Assembly: GCA_046292385.1 (NCBI GenBank)
Contig: JBKBRF010000014.1
Coordinates: 31,955 to 95,954 of the forward strand
From: Armatimonadota bacterium
Lineage (GTDB): Bacteria > Armatimonadota > SYMT01
Direction: 5' to 3'
Length of the DNA: 64,000 nt
The position numbers were made by a program, and so were the translations under genes. Positions 32,827 to 41,087 of this stretch are shown piece by piece. How positions within the stretch are numbered: position 1 is the first letter of the stretch; the number at the start of each line of letters is the position of its first letter. Under the pieces are notes generated by a model that made no database searches, was not told the origin of the DNA, and saw only the letters and a list, made by a program, of their open reading frames with translations.

Positions 32827-34182
32827 ATGTCGGGGCAGGGTAAAGTTCACACTTCGGAAGACGAAACCGCACGAGGAACGCTGGTTACGAAGTCGTCGGA
32901 AGCGCTCGAGCAAATGCTGAGAGACTATCAAGTGAGCCAGCGTCCACTTGAGGTGAATTTCAGGACCCTCGTGGGAGCGATACCGATACATGATCTTACC
33001 CATTCAATTTGCCCCTATCCCGCGCGCCTTCTCCGCCAGATCCCTCGCTTCTTTCTCCATTGCGAGCAACTTTCGACGCGGGATACGGTCGTGGTCGATC
33101 CATTTTGCGGTTCAGGCACGGTGCTAGTGGAGGCGGTAGCGGCCGGCAAACAGGCTTGGGGCATAGACAAGAACCCTTTCGCTCGTCTGCTTTCGCAGGT
33201 GAAAACCACCCATGTAGATTGCCAAGCGGCAAATGCCGCGGCGTTAGCGGTGCTCGAAAGGGCGAAAAGGAGCCGAACGGTTGTAGAACCGGAAATAGTT
33301 AATGCTGAACTCTGGTTTGCACCCAAGGTTAGGAGCGCTCTGCGGCGAATAAAAGGAGCGATCAGCGATTCGAAGCTCCCAATCGAAATAGAGAGATACC
33401 TACTCGTCTGTTTAGCCGTTACCGCCGATAAGTGTAGTTTACGTGATCGGCGCATCCCCGTACCCGTTCGTCGTAGCGACTGGCAGCAGTTCTCAGTGAA
33501 GCAAGACTCCCGAACCGTATGGATGAGTTTTGAAGCTGTAGCACATGCAGTCGCCGCTCGGATAAGCGGATTGCCAAAGTCCACCGGAGCCGCATTCGTA
33601 TATGGGGATGACGCACTCAACGTAGATGAATTCTATGACGCTTCGATGTCAGGAATAATTCAAAGACCGAGTTTGCTCGTCACAAGTCCGCCCTACGGGG
33701 CGGCGCAAAAGTACATCCGAAGCAGCAGCCTCGCTATCGGGTGGACTGGACTGGCAAGCCCGAAGGGCCTAACGCAGCTCGAAAGAGAACTCATCGGAAG
33801 AGAACATTTAAGAAAGCCCGATTTGGAGATGCTGCAATCTCCATCTCCGCTGATTGACCATGAAATCAGATGCATCTTCAAGAGAGATCCTCAGCGGGCG
33901 GCGATATATGCGGAGTACTTCAGAGCCATGGATAAGGCGATAGCAGCCTTCGGAAGACTCCTGCAGCCGGGAGCATTCTCGGTAGTCATAGCAGGAACCA
34001 ATATAGTTGCTGGCAGGATGATTGAGACACACAGATTCCTACGAGATCTTTCGGTGAATCACGGATTCTCGCCAGTGCTAGAACTGAGAGACACAATTCG
34101 GGGTAGGACTCTGCTGACTAAGCGCGCATCTACTGCGAGACCGCTGTCACACGAAACCATCCATGTTCTCCAGAGGAGGTAA
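32827..34182 (+). CDS. DNA amino-methyltransferase (N6-adenine or N4-cytosine), orphan (no recognisable cognate endonuclease)
   Basis: Motif I VVVDPFCGSGT (FxGxG), then ~190 aa later motif IV SPPY. This order with a long intervening region suggests an alpha/gamma-class MTase. 451 aa. Confidence 0.8.
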   Translation: MSGQGKVHTSEDETARGTLVTKSSEALEQMLRDYQVSQRPLEVNFRTLVGAIPIHDLTHSICPYPARLLRQIPRFFLHCEQLSTRDTVVVDPFCGSGTVLVEAVAAGKQAWGIDKNPFARLLSQVKTTHVDCQAANAAALAVLERAKRSRTVVEPEIVNAELWFAPKVRSALRRIKGAISDSKLPIEIERYLLVCLAVTADKCSLRDRRIPVPVRRSDWQQFSVKQDSRTVWMSFEAVAHAVAARISGLPKSTGAAFVYGDDALNVDEFYDASMSGIIQRPSLLVTSPPYGAAQKYIRSSSLAIGWTGLASPKGLTQLERELIGREHLRKPDLEMLQSPSPLIDHEIRCIFKRDPQRAAIYAEYFRAMDKAIAAFGRLLQPGAFSVVIAGTNIVAGRMIETHRFLRDLSVNHGFSPVLELRDTIRGRTLLTKRASTARPLSHETIHVLQRR

Positions 34183-34187
34183 AGTGC

Positions 34188-35150
34188 ATGGGCAGTGATA
34201 CCGAGGAAGAATTGATCCGTCGGATCAAGACTTTGTCCGAGCAAGTCTGGGAAGGCAGGTGCAAATCTCCAGATATGGGTGAGTGGCTACGGAACTTTAC
34301 CGGCCGCCATTGCGGAAGTGCCGAGGTTGAGCATCTCCACGCGTTGCACCTACTCGCTCATGTCTCATACTTCGGGCTCAGAGAATTGCGGATTCTACTG
34401 CGCGCGATGTATCGCGAACTATTCCGCTATCCAATCGTACAGCAGATTCGATCCGATCTTGGAGGAAGCCGTGACGCGGCCTCAATTCATCGCGTTTACT
34501 CCGATGAACTGAAGTCGACACGTTTTGTGGGTATGGGGAACCCGGCCGAGAGTGGCACGCATTTGCTCTACTACTTCAGGCAGGAGAACCAGCTTCCTCG
34601 AAAGTGCTTCGCCAGCCAACACGAACTCCTCAACGCTGGTATCACAGATGCTAAAGTAGACTTTTCCGACCCCGGTCTCAAACGAGTAGTATTCATTGAC
34701 GACTTGTGTGGGAGTGGAGATCAAGCGGTGCGGTATAGCAGAACCCTGTTGAAAGATCTGCGTACTATCGCAGTAAGGCGTGGCCGGGAATTACAGTTTC
34801 AATACTTGGTACTCTTCGGGGCGGTCCCGGGTCTGGAGCGTGCGGCGACTTCAACCGAATTTGACATCGTGAAGGCGGTAAATGAACTAGATGAGTCTTG
34901 CCAAGTATATGCCACCAACTCGCGGCTGTTTCGGAAACCCCCTCCCGGGATAGACGCGGCGCTGTCGCACGAACTGGCATCCGGCTACGGTGAGGAGTTG
35001 TGGCCGGAACATCCGCTAGGGTTTTCGAACGGACAATTACTGTTGGCCTTTCATCATAACGTGCCGGACAACTCGTTGCCAATTCTCTGGCACGATGATG
35101 AGACGCCACCGTGGAACCCGATTTTTCCTCGACAACCCAAGCTAGACTGA
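34188..35150 (+). CDS. Hypothetical protein with a phosphoribosyltransferase-like PRPP-loop motif (VVFIDDLCGSGDQAV)
   Basis: ATG 34188 with GGAGG SD. The hhhhDDhxxSGxQ pattern resembles the PRTase fold signature. The N-terminal half is unknown. 320 aa. Confidence 0.45.
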   Translation: MGSDTEEELIRRIKTLSEQVWEGRCKSPDMGEWLRNFTGRHCGSAEVEHLHALHLLAHVSYFGLRELRILLRAMYRELFRYPIVQQIRSDLGGSRDAASIHRVYSDELKSTRFVGMGNPAESGTHLLYYFRQENQLPRKCFASQHELLNAGITDAKVDFSDPGLKRVVFIDDLCGSGDQAVRYSRTLLKDLRTIAVRRGRELQFQYLVLFGAVPGLERAATSTEFDIVKAVNELDESCQVYATNSRLFRKPPPGIDAALSHELASGYGEELWPEHPLGFSNGQLLLAFHHNVPDNSLPILWHDDETPPWNPIFPRQPKLD

Positions 35151-35158
35151 GGTGCTAG

Positions 35159-37165
35159 ATGCCAGCGAATCCGTTCGAGATTACCAAAGCGGTAGATTTT
35201 ACTGACGAGCAAATTGTGCAGAACTGGGTAGACTTGCCGGGTGGAGGCTTTCAGTCTCTCGCCGATCCCCGATCGCCCATGCCCAGGTTCTTGGTAGGAG
35301 GAAAGGGTGGAGGTCGCACACATATGCTGCGGTACTTCTCCTATCCGCTGCAGCGGTTACGTCACGGGAATGACTTGCTTTCAGCAATACAGGATGATGG
35401 ATATGCTGGAGTGTATTTCCGATGTACTGGTCTGAATTCTTCGCGGTTTTCGGGGAAGCAGCAAAGTCCCGAAGTATGGAGCGCTGTGTTTGCATACTAC
35501 ATGGAGATTTGGCTGGGCCGTCTCGTCGTCGACTTAATCAGGGAGTTAGGGTTGGGTAACGCGCAACTCGCTAACACCACATCGTCGATGGACTTCGTGA
35601 AAGGCGTGAGAGGTCTCTTTGATGAAGAGATCGAGTCAAGCCTGTCGCAGTTGGACACGCTCGACCAATTAGCGGTCTCCCTTCATAACATCCAGCGCCA
35701 GCTTGATCTCTCGATCAACAATGTCGCTCTAACTAGATCCCTCGATGTGCGAATTGCGGTCACCCCTGGGCGGCTGGTTTTCGGAATACCGGAACTTGCA
35801 ACCCGAACATTTCCGCAGATCTCTGGCTTAACATTTGCTTACCTCCTCGACGAGTTTGAGAATCTAAGCGAGGATCAGCAGCGCTATGTAAATACACTGG
35901 TGCGTGAGAAGCAACTTCCCACGACATTTGTCATTGGAAGTCGTCAGTTCGGATTGCGAACGCAAGAGACGCTAAGCGCCGGGGAAGAGAACAAGCAGGG
36001 AAGCGAGTTTGACCTGGTCGTATTAGAGGATGCATATCGAACCTCGGATAAGTACTATCACAGCTTTTGCGAAAGAATCATTCGAAAGAGACTGGATGCC
36101 GCAGGAGTGGATGTCTATCGCCCGGAGAGGCTCGACGCTTATTTCAGCAAGCCATTGGGAGGGGTCTCCGGACTAGAGGAGCGAGCGCGGATTCATGTTT
36201 CGGAGTGCCTTGGTGATCAAGATGAGCGACCGTGGATCATCCGCCTTAAGGATCAACTTCTGCAGTGGTCACCGGGTCAGGATATAGGAAAGATCATTGA
36301 GGAAGTAAGGTTTCCGTCGAGTCCACTCCACGAGAAGTTTGCAGTGCTGCTGGTTTATCGATCCTGGGCCGATGGCAATGACCCGCTACGAGAAGCGCGA
36401 CAGTTCCGATTCCGGATAGAAGCACTAGCTAATGGCGCGCGCGTGGGAGATGACTTAGCCACAACCTATAAACACTACAGGGGAGATCTCTACGCACAAT
36501 TGGTCTCGCAGTTGCGTCGGCCGCAGGAGTACCACGGGATTGACGATTTCGTGCTCATGTCCGGCTATCTCCCAAGGAATCTTCTGGTGTTACTAAAGCA
36601 AGTGACGCGGTGGTCATTATTCCTTGGAGAACACCCGTTCCGCGGTGAGCTGATATCTTCGAAGGCTCAAACTGAAGGAGTGCGCGAAGCGAGCAACTGG
36701 TTTCTTAGCGACTCCAAGGGATTGGGGCGGATCGGTGAAGAAACGGAACTGGCGGTGCGGCGTCTTGGGGGTCTCTTTCGGGACATGAGATTCGCTGACA
36801 AACCGGTTGAAGTAAGTTGCTCGTCATTCTCAACTGATCGCCGGGGACTCACTGACAGAGCTATCGCCGTCCTGGACAATGCCGTATCGCATAGTTTAAT
36901 ACTTAAGGTGCCAACTGGGCGGCGTGAGCGAAACACTCACGTACTACAGCACAAGTATCAATTGAACCCCATGCTTGCTCCATTGTTTGACTTGTCGGTC
37001 GCCAGAAGAGGCACAGCGAACTTTACTCCCGAGCAATTAGTCGCACTTTTTGATCCAAGTGTCGATGCAGAGCACTTCATCGCTGAGCGAACGCGGCTCT
37101 TGGCGCGGCTGAATGCTCCGTTCTCTACTCCGACTCCGCAGCCAGCCCTGGATTTCTCTGAGTGA
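35159..37165 (+). CDS. Hypothetical protein with glycine-rich P-loop-like motif (FLVGGKGGGRTHML) and Walker-B-like FDLVVLEDAY; large C-terminal region unknown
   Basis: ATG 35159 with GAGGTG SD. The motif resembles deviant Walker A (KGGxGK[ST]) but with R in place of the P-loop Lys. 668 aa. Confidence 0.45.
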   Translation: MPANPFEITKAVDFTDEQIVQNWVDLPGGGFQSLADPRSPMPRFLVGGKGGGRTHMLRYFSYPLQRLRHGNDLLSAIQDDGYAGVYFRCTGLNSSRFSGKQQSPEVWSAVFAYYMEIWLGRLVVDLIRELGLGNAQLANTTSSMDFVKGVRGLFDEEIESSLSQLDTLDQLAVSLHNIQRQLDLSINNVALTRSLDVRIAVTPGRLVFGIPELATRTFPQISGLTFAYLLDEFENLSEDQQRYVNTLVREKQLPTTFVIGSRQFGLRTQETLSAGEENKQGSEFDLVVLEDAYRTSDKYYHSFCERIIRKRLDAAGVDVYRPERLDAYFSKPLGGVSGLEERARIHVSECLGDQDERPWIIRLKDQLLQWSPGQDIGKIIEEVRFPSSPLHEKFAVLLVYRSWADGNDPLREARQFRFRIEALANGARVGDDLATTYKHYRGDLYAQLVSQLRRPQEYHGIDDFVLMSGYLPRNLLVLLKQVTRWSLFLGEHPFRGELISSKAQTEGVREASNWFLSDSKGLGRIGEETELAVRRLGGLFRDMRFADKPVEVSCSSFSTDRRGLTDRAIAVLDNAVSHSLILKVPTGRRERNTHVLQHKYQLNPMLAPLFDLSVARRGTANFTPEQLVALFDPSVDAEHFIAERTRLLARLNAPFSTPTPQPALDFSE

Positions 37166-38127
37166 CGATGGACTACAGCCTTCTTCGCATTGATCAATAT
37201 CAGGCAACGGAGCTTGAAGCGCTCCCCGAGTGGGATATCTTCATCTCCGCCTACAACGAGTCGCAGCGAGTAATCACTGTTTTTGACTCCGTGCGCGCGC
37301 AGCGTAAAGAGTGGGTAATCCATCCGGAGTACGACTTCGAGGATGGCGAATTGCCGAAGACCGGAGTTGTGCGAGTTCTGCATACGCGTGATGAAGCGGA
37401 GTTCTGGCATGACTACTTCTCTGAGGCCGACTTTCATAATCTTCCCCGTGATTCCCGGATTTGCGTCGATGTGACGGGGTTTATGCGTCCGCATTTGATG
37501 CTATTACCGCGGATGCTTCGATTGCTTGGATTCGCTCAACTGGATATAGTGTATTCTGATCCTCGTGAGTATCAATCGGGAGAAAAGACTCAATTCAGCA
37601 AAGGGGCAGTCACTGAGGTGCGGCAAATCCGTGGGTTTGAGGGTACACACCTGCCCAGTGGCGACGAGGACTTGCTGGTCATTGGGGCTGGATATGACGA
37701 CGATTTGATCCGGAGAGTCTCCGAAGATAAGCGCGCGGCTCGGAAACTGATGATGTTCGGGCTTCCTAGTCTTCAGCCCCATATGTATGAGGAAAACCGT
37801 CTGCGCGCAGCAAGAGCCGAAGAGGCAGTAGGCCCGTTGCCGGCACGTTCTCTGTTGTTTGCGCCCGCCAACAATCCGTTTGCCACGGCGCAGGAGCTTC
37901 ACGACAAGATACAACAGTTGCGCTCGACTGGCTTTACGAACCTGTACTTCAGCCCGCTTGGCACGAAGGCTCAAGCACTGGGATTTGCTCTCTACTATCT
38001 GTGCGAGTGTGTGGGTTCGAGTGCGAGCGTCGTATTCCCGTTCGCAGAGTATTACACTCGTGAGACATCCATCGGCTTGGCTCGCGTTTGGTGCTATCGG
38101 GTGGAACTCGATTGGCTGAACGTCTGA
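37162..38127 (+). CDS. Hypothetical protein (321 aa), last gene of the island operon
   Basis: GTG 37162 overlaps the upstream TGA (GTGA); the alternative is ATG 37168. No recognisable motif. Confidence 0.45.
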   Translation: MTMDYSLLRIDQYQATELEALPEWDIFISAYNESQRVITVFDSVRAQRKEWVIHPEYDFEDGELPKTGVVRVLHTRDEAEFWHDYFSEADFHNLPRDSRICVDVTGFMRPHLMLLPRMLRLLGFAQLDIVYSDPREYQSGEKTQFSKGAVTEVRQIRGFEGTHLPSGDEDLLVIGAGYDDDLIRRVSEDKRAARKLMMFGLPSLQPHMYEENRLRAARAEEAVGPLPARSLLFAPANNPFATAQELHDKIQQLRSTGFTNLYFSPLGTKAQALGFALYYLCECVGSSASVVFPFAEYYTRETSIGLARVWCYRVELDWLNV

Positions 38128-38208
38128 ATGTGTCGGTGGAGTTATTGCTCTAGTTTGTTTTCTCACATTGACCACTGGTCGGTTGGGTTACCGGATGTTC
38201 CGCGGCGA

Positions 38209-38400
38209 ACTGCATCCACCCCGGCCACACCTTGAACGAGCGCCGCGCCCAGCGCGCTACGGAGCAGGACGAGGAGCCGATGATGAGCTGCGAGGAGTTG
38301 GCCGAGACCGCCCTGCTGATGGCCTCGCTGCCGCCCCACGTGAACATGCTGGAAGCGATCGTGCTGCCGGTGGAGCAGCTCTACGTGGGAAGGGGATAGG
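38209..38400 (+). pseudogene. Orphaned 3' fragment of an SDR gene (duplicate of 32465-32654), the distal junction remnant of the island insertion
   Basis: Encodes ...GHTLNERRAQRATEQDEEPMMSCEELAETALLMASLPPHVNMLEAIVLPVEQLYVGRG*. This is identical in protein, apart from N->H, to the intact SDR C-terminus, with mostly synonymous nucleotide differences. There is no upstream reading frame. Confidence 0.75.
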
Positions 38401-38412
38401 GCTTCGCCCAGG

Positions 38413-38440
38413 GTCTAGGGTCCAGGGGTTAGGGTGTCGG
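38413..38440. repeat. G-rich TAGGGT/TAGGGTGT element (family shared with 48091-48120 and 57703-57735)
   Basis: gggtctagggtccaggggttagggtgtcgg, compared with ggtctagcgtttagggtgtagggtgtagg (48091) and gggtgtagcgtgtagggggtagggtgtagg (57703). All three lie immediately 3' of plus-strand stop codons. Confidence 0.7.
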
Positions 38441-38663
38441 ACTGGCGGCGGGCGGGGGCGCCATGCGTGTACGGCCGCTCCTACTCATTCTCTTTCTCCT
38501 TCTCCTTCTCGGCTGCGATCCTTTCGCGGCGGAAGCCCCTCTCGTTTAGCGAGTACCTCGTTTCCGCTCGGCCCCGGTGGCGCGCGGCTGCGGGGTGCGC
38601 TAACATTTTCGCAGTACCCTGTCGCGGGTCCGCGGCGCCGGCCTTCGCCGCAAAGGAGCTGAC

Positions 38664-39398
38664 GTGAAACCGTCTACCATTCGCCTTCCGCTGGTCCTGG
38701 CTTCTCTGGCGCTGCCTCTGCTGACCGCCGTGCCGGCCGCGGCCCAGGGGGCGCCGGCCGCGCCCGGGAGCGGCGACCTGCGCGCGCTGCTCTCCGGCAA
38801 GCAGGCGCCGCTGACGCTGAAGCTGCGCGAGCTGAGCCCGGAGTGGCGTCGGGTGACGCTGCGGACTCCGGCCGAGGCGCCGGGCGAGGGGAGCGGGTTC
38901 CTCGGCATGATGCTCGGCGGGATGTTCGGGCCGATGGCAAGCGGCCTCACGCCGTCCGCGCCGCCGGTCTACACCCAGGGCGACACGATCAGCCTGGGCG
39001 GAGAGCTCTACCTGATCGCTTACCGGCCCCCGAAGCCGGCGCTCGACCTGCTGGCGCTCAAGCGGGCCGCCGAGCAGAATGCGGAGCTGCCGCCTCCCGA
39101 AGTGCTGAGGCCCGACACCGAGCTGTCGCTCTGGCTGATCCAGTTCCGCGACATCCAATCGCTCGGAGAGATCCGCCCGTTCAACCTCGACCTGGAGCTG
39201 CGGGAGAGCGAGAAGGCGGCGGCGGCTGAGACGGCGCTGCGGAAAGAGTTGATGGGCGGGGTGTTCGGCGGCGGTGCGGCACCCGCGGCTCCCGAGCCGG
39301 AGGTGTTTGCGGAGCCGGCGCTCCCGGAGGAGGCTCCCGCGCCGAAACCGGCTGCGAAGAAGCCCGCCCCCAAGAAGCCCGCCCCCAAGAAGCGCTGA
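38664..39398 (+). CDS. Secreted protein with Pro/Ala/Lys-rich C-terminal tail (PKPAAKKPAPKKPAPKKR)
   Basis: GTG 38664 follows AAAGGAG SD. Signal peptide LPLVLASLALPLLTAVPAAAQG. Confidence 0.55.
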   Translation: MKPSTIRLPLVLASLALPLLTAVPAAAQGAPAAPGSGDLRALLSGKQAPLTLKLRELSPEWRRVTLRTPAEAPGEGSGFLGMMLGGMFGPMASGLTPSAPPVYTQGDTISLGGELYLIAYRPPKPALDLLALKRAAEQNAELPPPEVLRPDTELSLWLIQFRDIQSLGEIRPFNLDLELRESEKAAAAETALRKELMGGVFGGGAAPAAPEPEVFAEPALPEEAPAPKPAAKKPAPKKPAPKKR

Positions 39399-39486
39399 TA
39401 CCCGCAAGCCGCCCCCGCACCCGGTTTGCCGGCCACTCGCCCGCGGAATATACAGGGCGAGGAAGCGGTCCATCGGGAGGCAACAG

Positions 39487-40236
39487 GTGAAGGGCTTTTG
39501 GGCTTGGCTGGTCGGGGCGTCGTTAGTGGTCGCCGGCGCGGGTGTGCAGGCGCAGGACGAGGTGCCGCCGCCACCCGCGGAGGTGCGGGAGGGGGTCACC
39601 TTCGCCGCGGAGCCGGGCGTGCTCTACGTGCCGGTGCGGGAGGCGGCGGAGTCGCTCGCGCTGCGCGCCCGGTGGGACGGGGAGCGGCAGACGGCGCTGC
39701 TGGAGGGAAAGCCGGTCTCGGACGCCGCCACCCGCCTGCTCCTGGAGGGGGCGACGCTGATCTCCGTGCGCGACCTGGAGCAGTGGGGGGCGAAGGTGCG
39801 CTGGGATGCGGAGCGCGGCGCGGCGCGGGTGACCCACGGCGAGCGGGTCTTCTGGGTCCGCAGCGGCCCCAAGCGAGTCGCGGTCAACCGCTCCACGCAG
39901 CAGCTCCGCGCCTGGCAGGGGGACCGGTTGGTGCTGGAGACACGGGTCAGCACCGGTGCGCCGGGGAACGAGACCCCCACCGGGAGCTTCACCGCGGGGC
40001 CCTACCGGGCGAAGATGCACTATTCCAGTCTCTACGACAACGCCCCGATGCCGTGGAGCGTGCAGATCACCGGCAACATCTTCTTCCACGGCTACCACTC
40101 GGTGCCGCCGCGCGCCGCCTCCCACGGCTGCATCCGGATACCGCTCTGGGGCGGCAACGCCGCGAAGTGGCTGTTCGAGTGGATCGACAACGGCACGCCG
40201 GTCACCATCGCGGACGACTGGCCGGCGGAGGAGTGA
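39487..40236 (+). CDS. L,D-transpeptidase (YkuD domain)
   Basis: GTG 39487 lies 6 nt after GGGAGG. Signal peptide. Catalytic ...HGYHSVPPRAASHGCIRIP (His/Cys dyad, SHGC motif). Confidence 0.85.
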   Translation: MKGFWAWLVGASLVVAGAGVQAQDEVPPPPAEVREGVTFAAEPGVLYVPVREAAESLALRARWDGERQTALLEGKPVSDAATRLLLEGATLISVRDLEQWGAKVRWDAERGAARVTHGERVFWVRSGPKRVAVNRSTQQLRAWQGDRLVLETRVSTGAPGNETPTGSFTAGPYRAKMHYSSLYDNAPMPWSVQITGNIFFHGYHSVPPRAASHGCIRIPLWGGNAAKWLFEWIDNGTPVTIADDWPAEE

Positions 40237-40410
40237 GTGCCACGCGTTCAGCAGCGCCGCGCCGCTGTTAGCTCGAGTGGATCAAACCGGCACACTCGAG
40301 CTACGGCGAGAACGACTGCCGGATTCGCGCCTCGGACTGAAGTCGAGGCTACAGAAAGCGAAGCCCGCCTGCGCGGGCTGAGTTCTGCCGACCCCAGCAC
40401 CACGCTGTAC

Positions 40411-40638
40411 TTACGTCCCGCCCCCCAGTTTCCTGTGGTCCGAGGACTGCTCTACCCTCTCGTCGCCCGCCTCGTGATCGGCGTTTTCGCCGTGACAGTC
40501 GATACAGAGCAGCGCGCGGCGGTGGTGGCGCCCGGTGGCGTCTACGAATGGTGCCGCGGTCAGCCCTCGTCGCTTGTATACCCCGCAGCCATCGCAGAAG
40601 CCCTTGATGCTGAATCTGGAGCGGTCGGCTGGTTCCAC
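40411..40638 (-). CDS. Possible small zinc-ribbon protein (CDGCG...CIDCHG, 75 aa)
   Basis: Four Cys in two CxxC pairs ~30 aa apart. GTG start with GGGAGA upstream. Weak support. Confidence 0.3.
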   Translation of the reverse strand: MEPADRSRFSIKGFCDGCGVYKRRGLTAAPFVDATGRHHRRALLCIDCHGENADHEAGDERVEQSSDHRKLGGGT

Positions 40639-40734
40639 GGCTTCAGGGATCTCCCGGCACGCAGGTGCTCTCGAGGAGGACCTCCGGGGCCACCGTTCTC
40701 CGGTATCGGAGAGCCGCCCGCCGTCCTCATCGCC

Positions 40735-40977
40735 CTATCGCTCGAGCCGGTCTTGCCGCTCAACCGCTTTGCGGATACCGCGAATGAAGCCCCACGTTAC
40801 GACTACCGCGACCACCACCCAGACCCCGAGCGCGATCTCGCGAAGACCTCCGTTCCAGGGGTGGGGGCCCGAAGTCCAGTTGGGCGGACGATAAGAGTAC
40901 GCCAGCAACAGGACCCAGATCCACCACGGATAGAACGCTACCGCCGCAACGATACAGATGCTCCGGAGCCGTCGCAT
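40735..40977 (-). CDS. Possible small two-TM membrane protein (80 aa)
   Basis: ATG 40977 follows GAGGAG. Two hydrophobic helices (ICIVAAVAFYPWWIWVLLLAY; IALGVWVVVAVVVTWGFI). Confidence 0.35.
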   Translation of the reverse strand: MRRLRSICIVAAVAFYPWWIWVLLLAYSYRPPNWTSGPHPWNGGLREIALGVWVVVAVVVTWGFIRGIRKAVERQDRLER

Positions 40978-41087
40978 CTCTCCTCACCCAGAGCGCGGAT
41001 ACGCGCGGAAGCGGCGCTCCGCCCGGCACGATGTCCCGCGGAGCGGAGTACGCCCACCGCTACGGAATACGCGATACGGAATACGCC

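Larger units (their letters stand above)
32655..38215 (+). other. Low-GC (~50%) horizontally acquired island carrying a four-gene co-directional operon, bounded by ~190-bp direct repeats derived from the SDR 3' end
   Basis: Composition shifts abruptly at both edges. The direct repeats 32465-32654 and 38209-38400 are ~92% identical. The gene junctions overlap or nearly abut (34182/34188, 35150/35159, 37165/37162). Confidence 0.75.
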
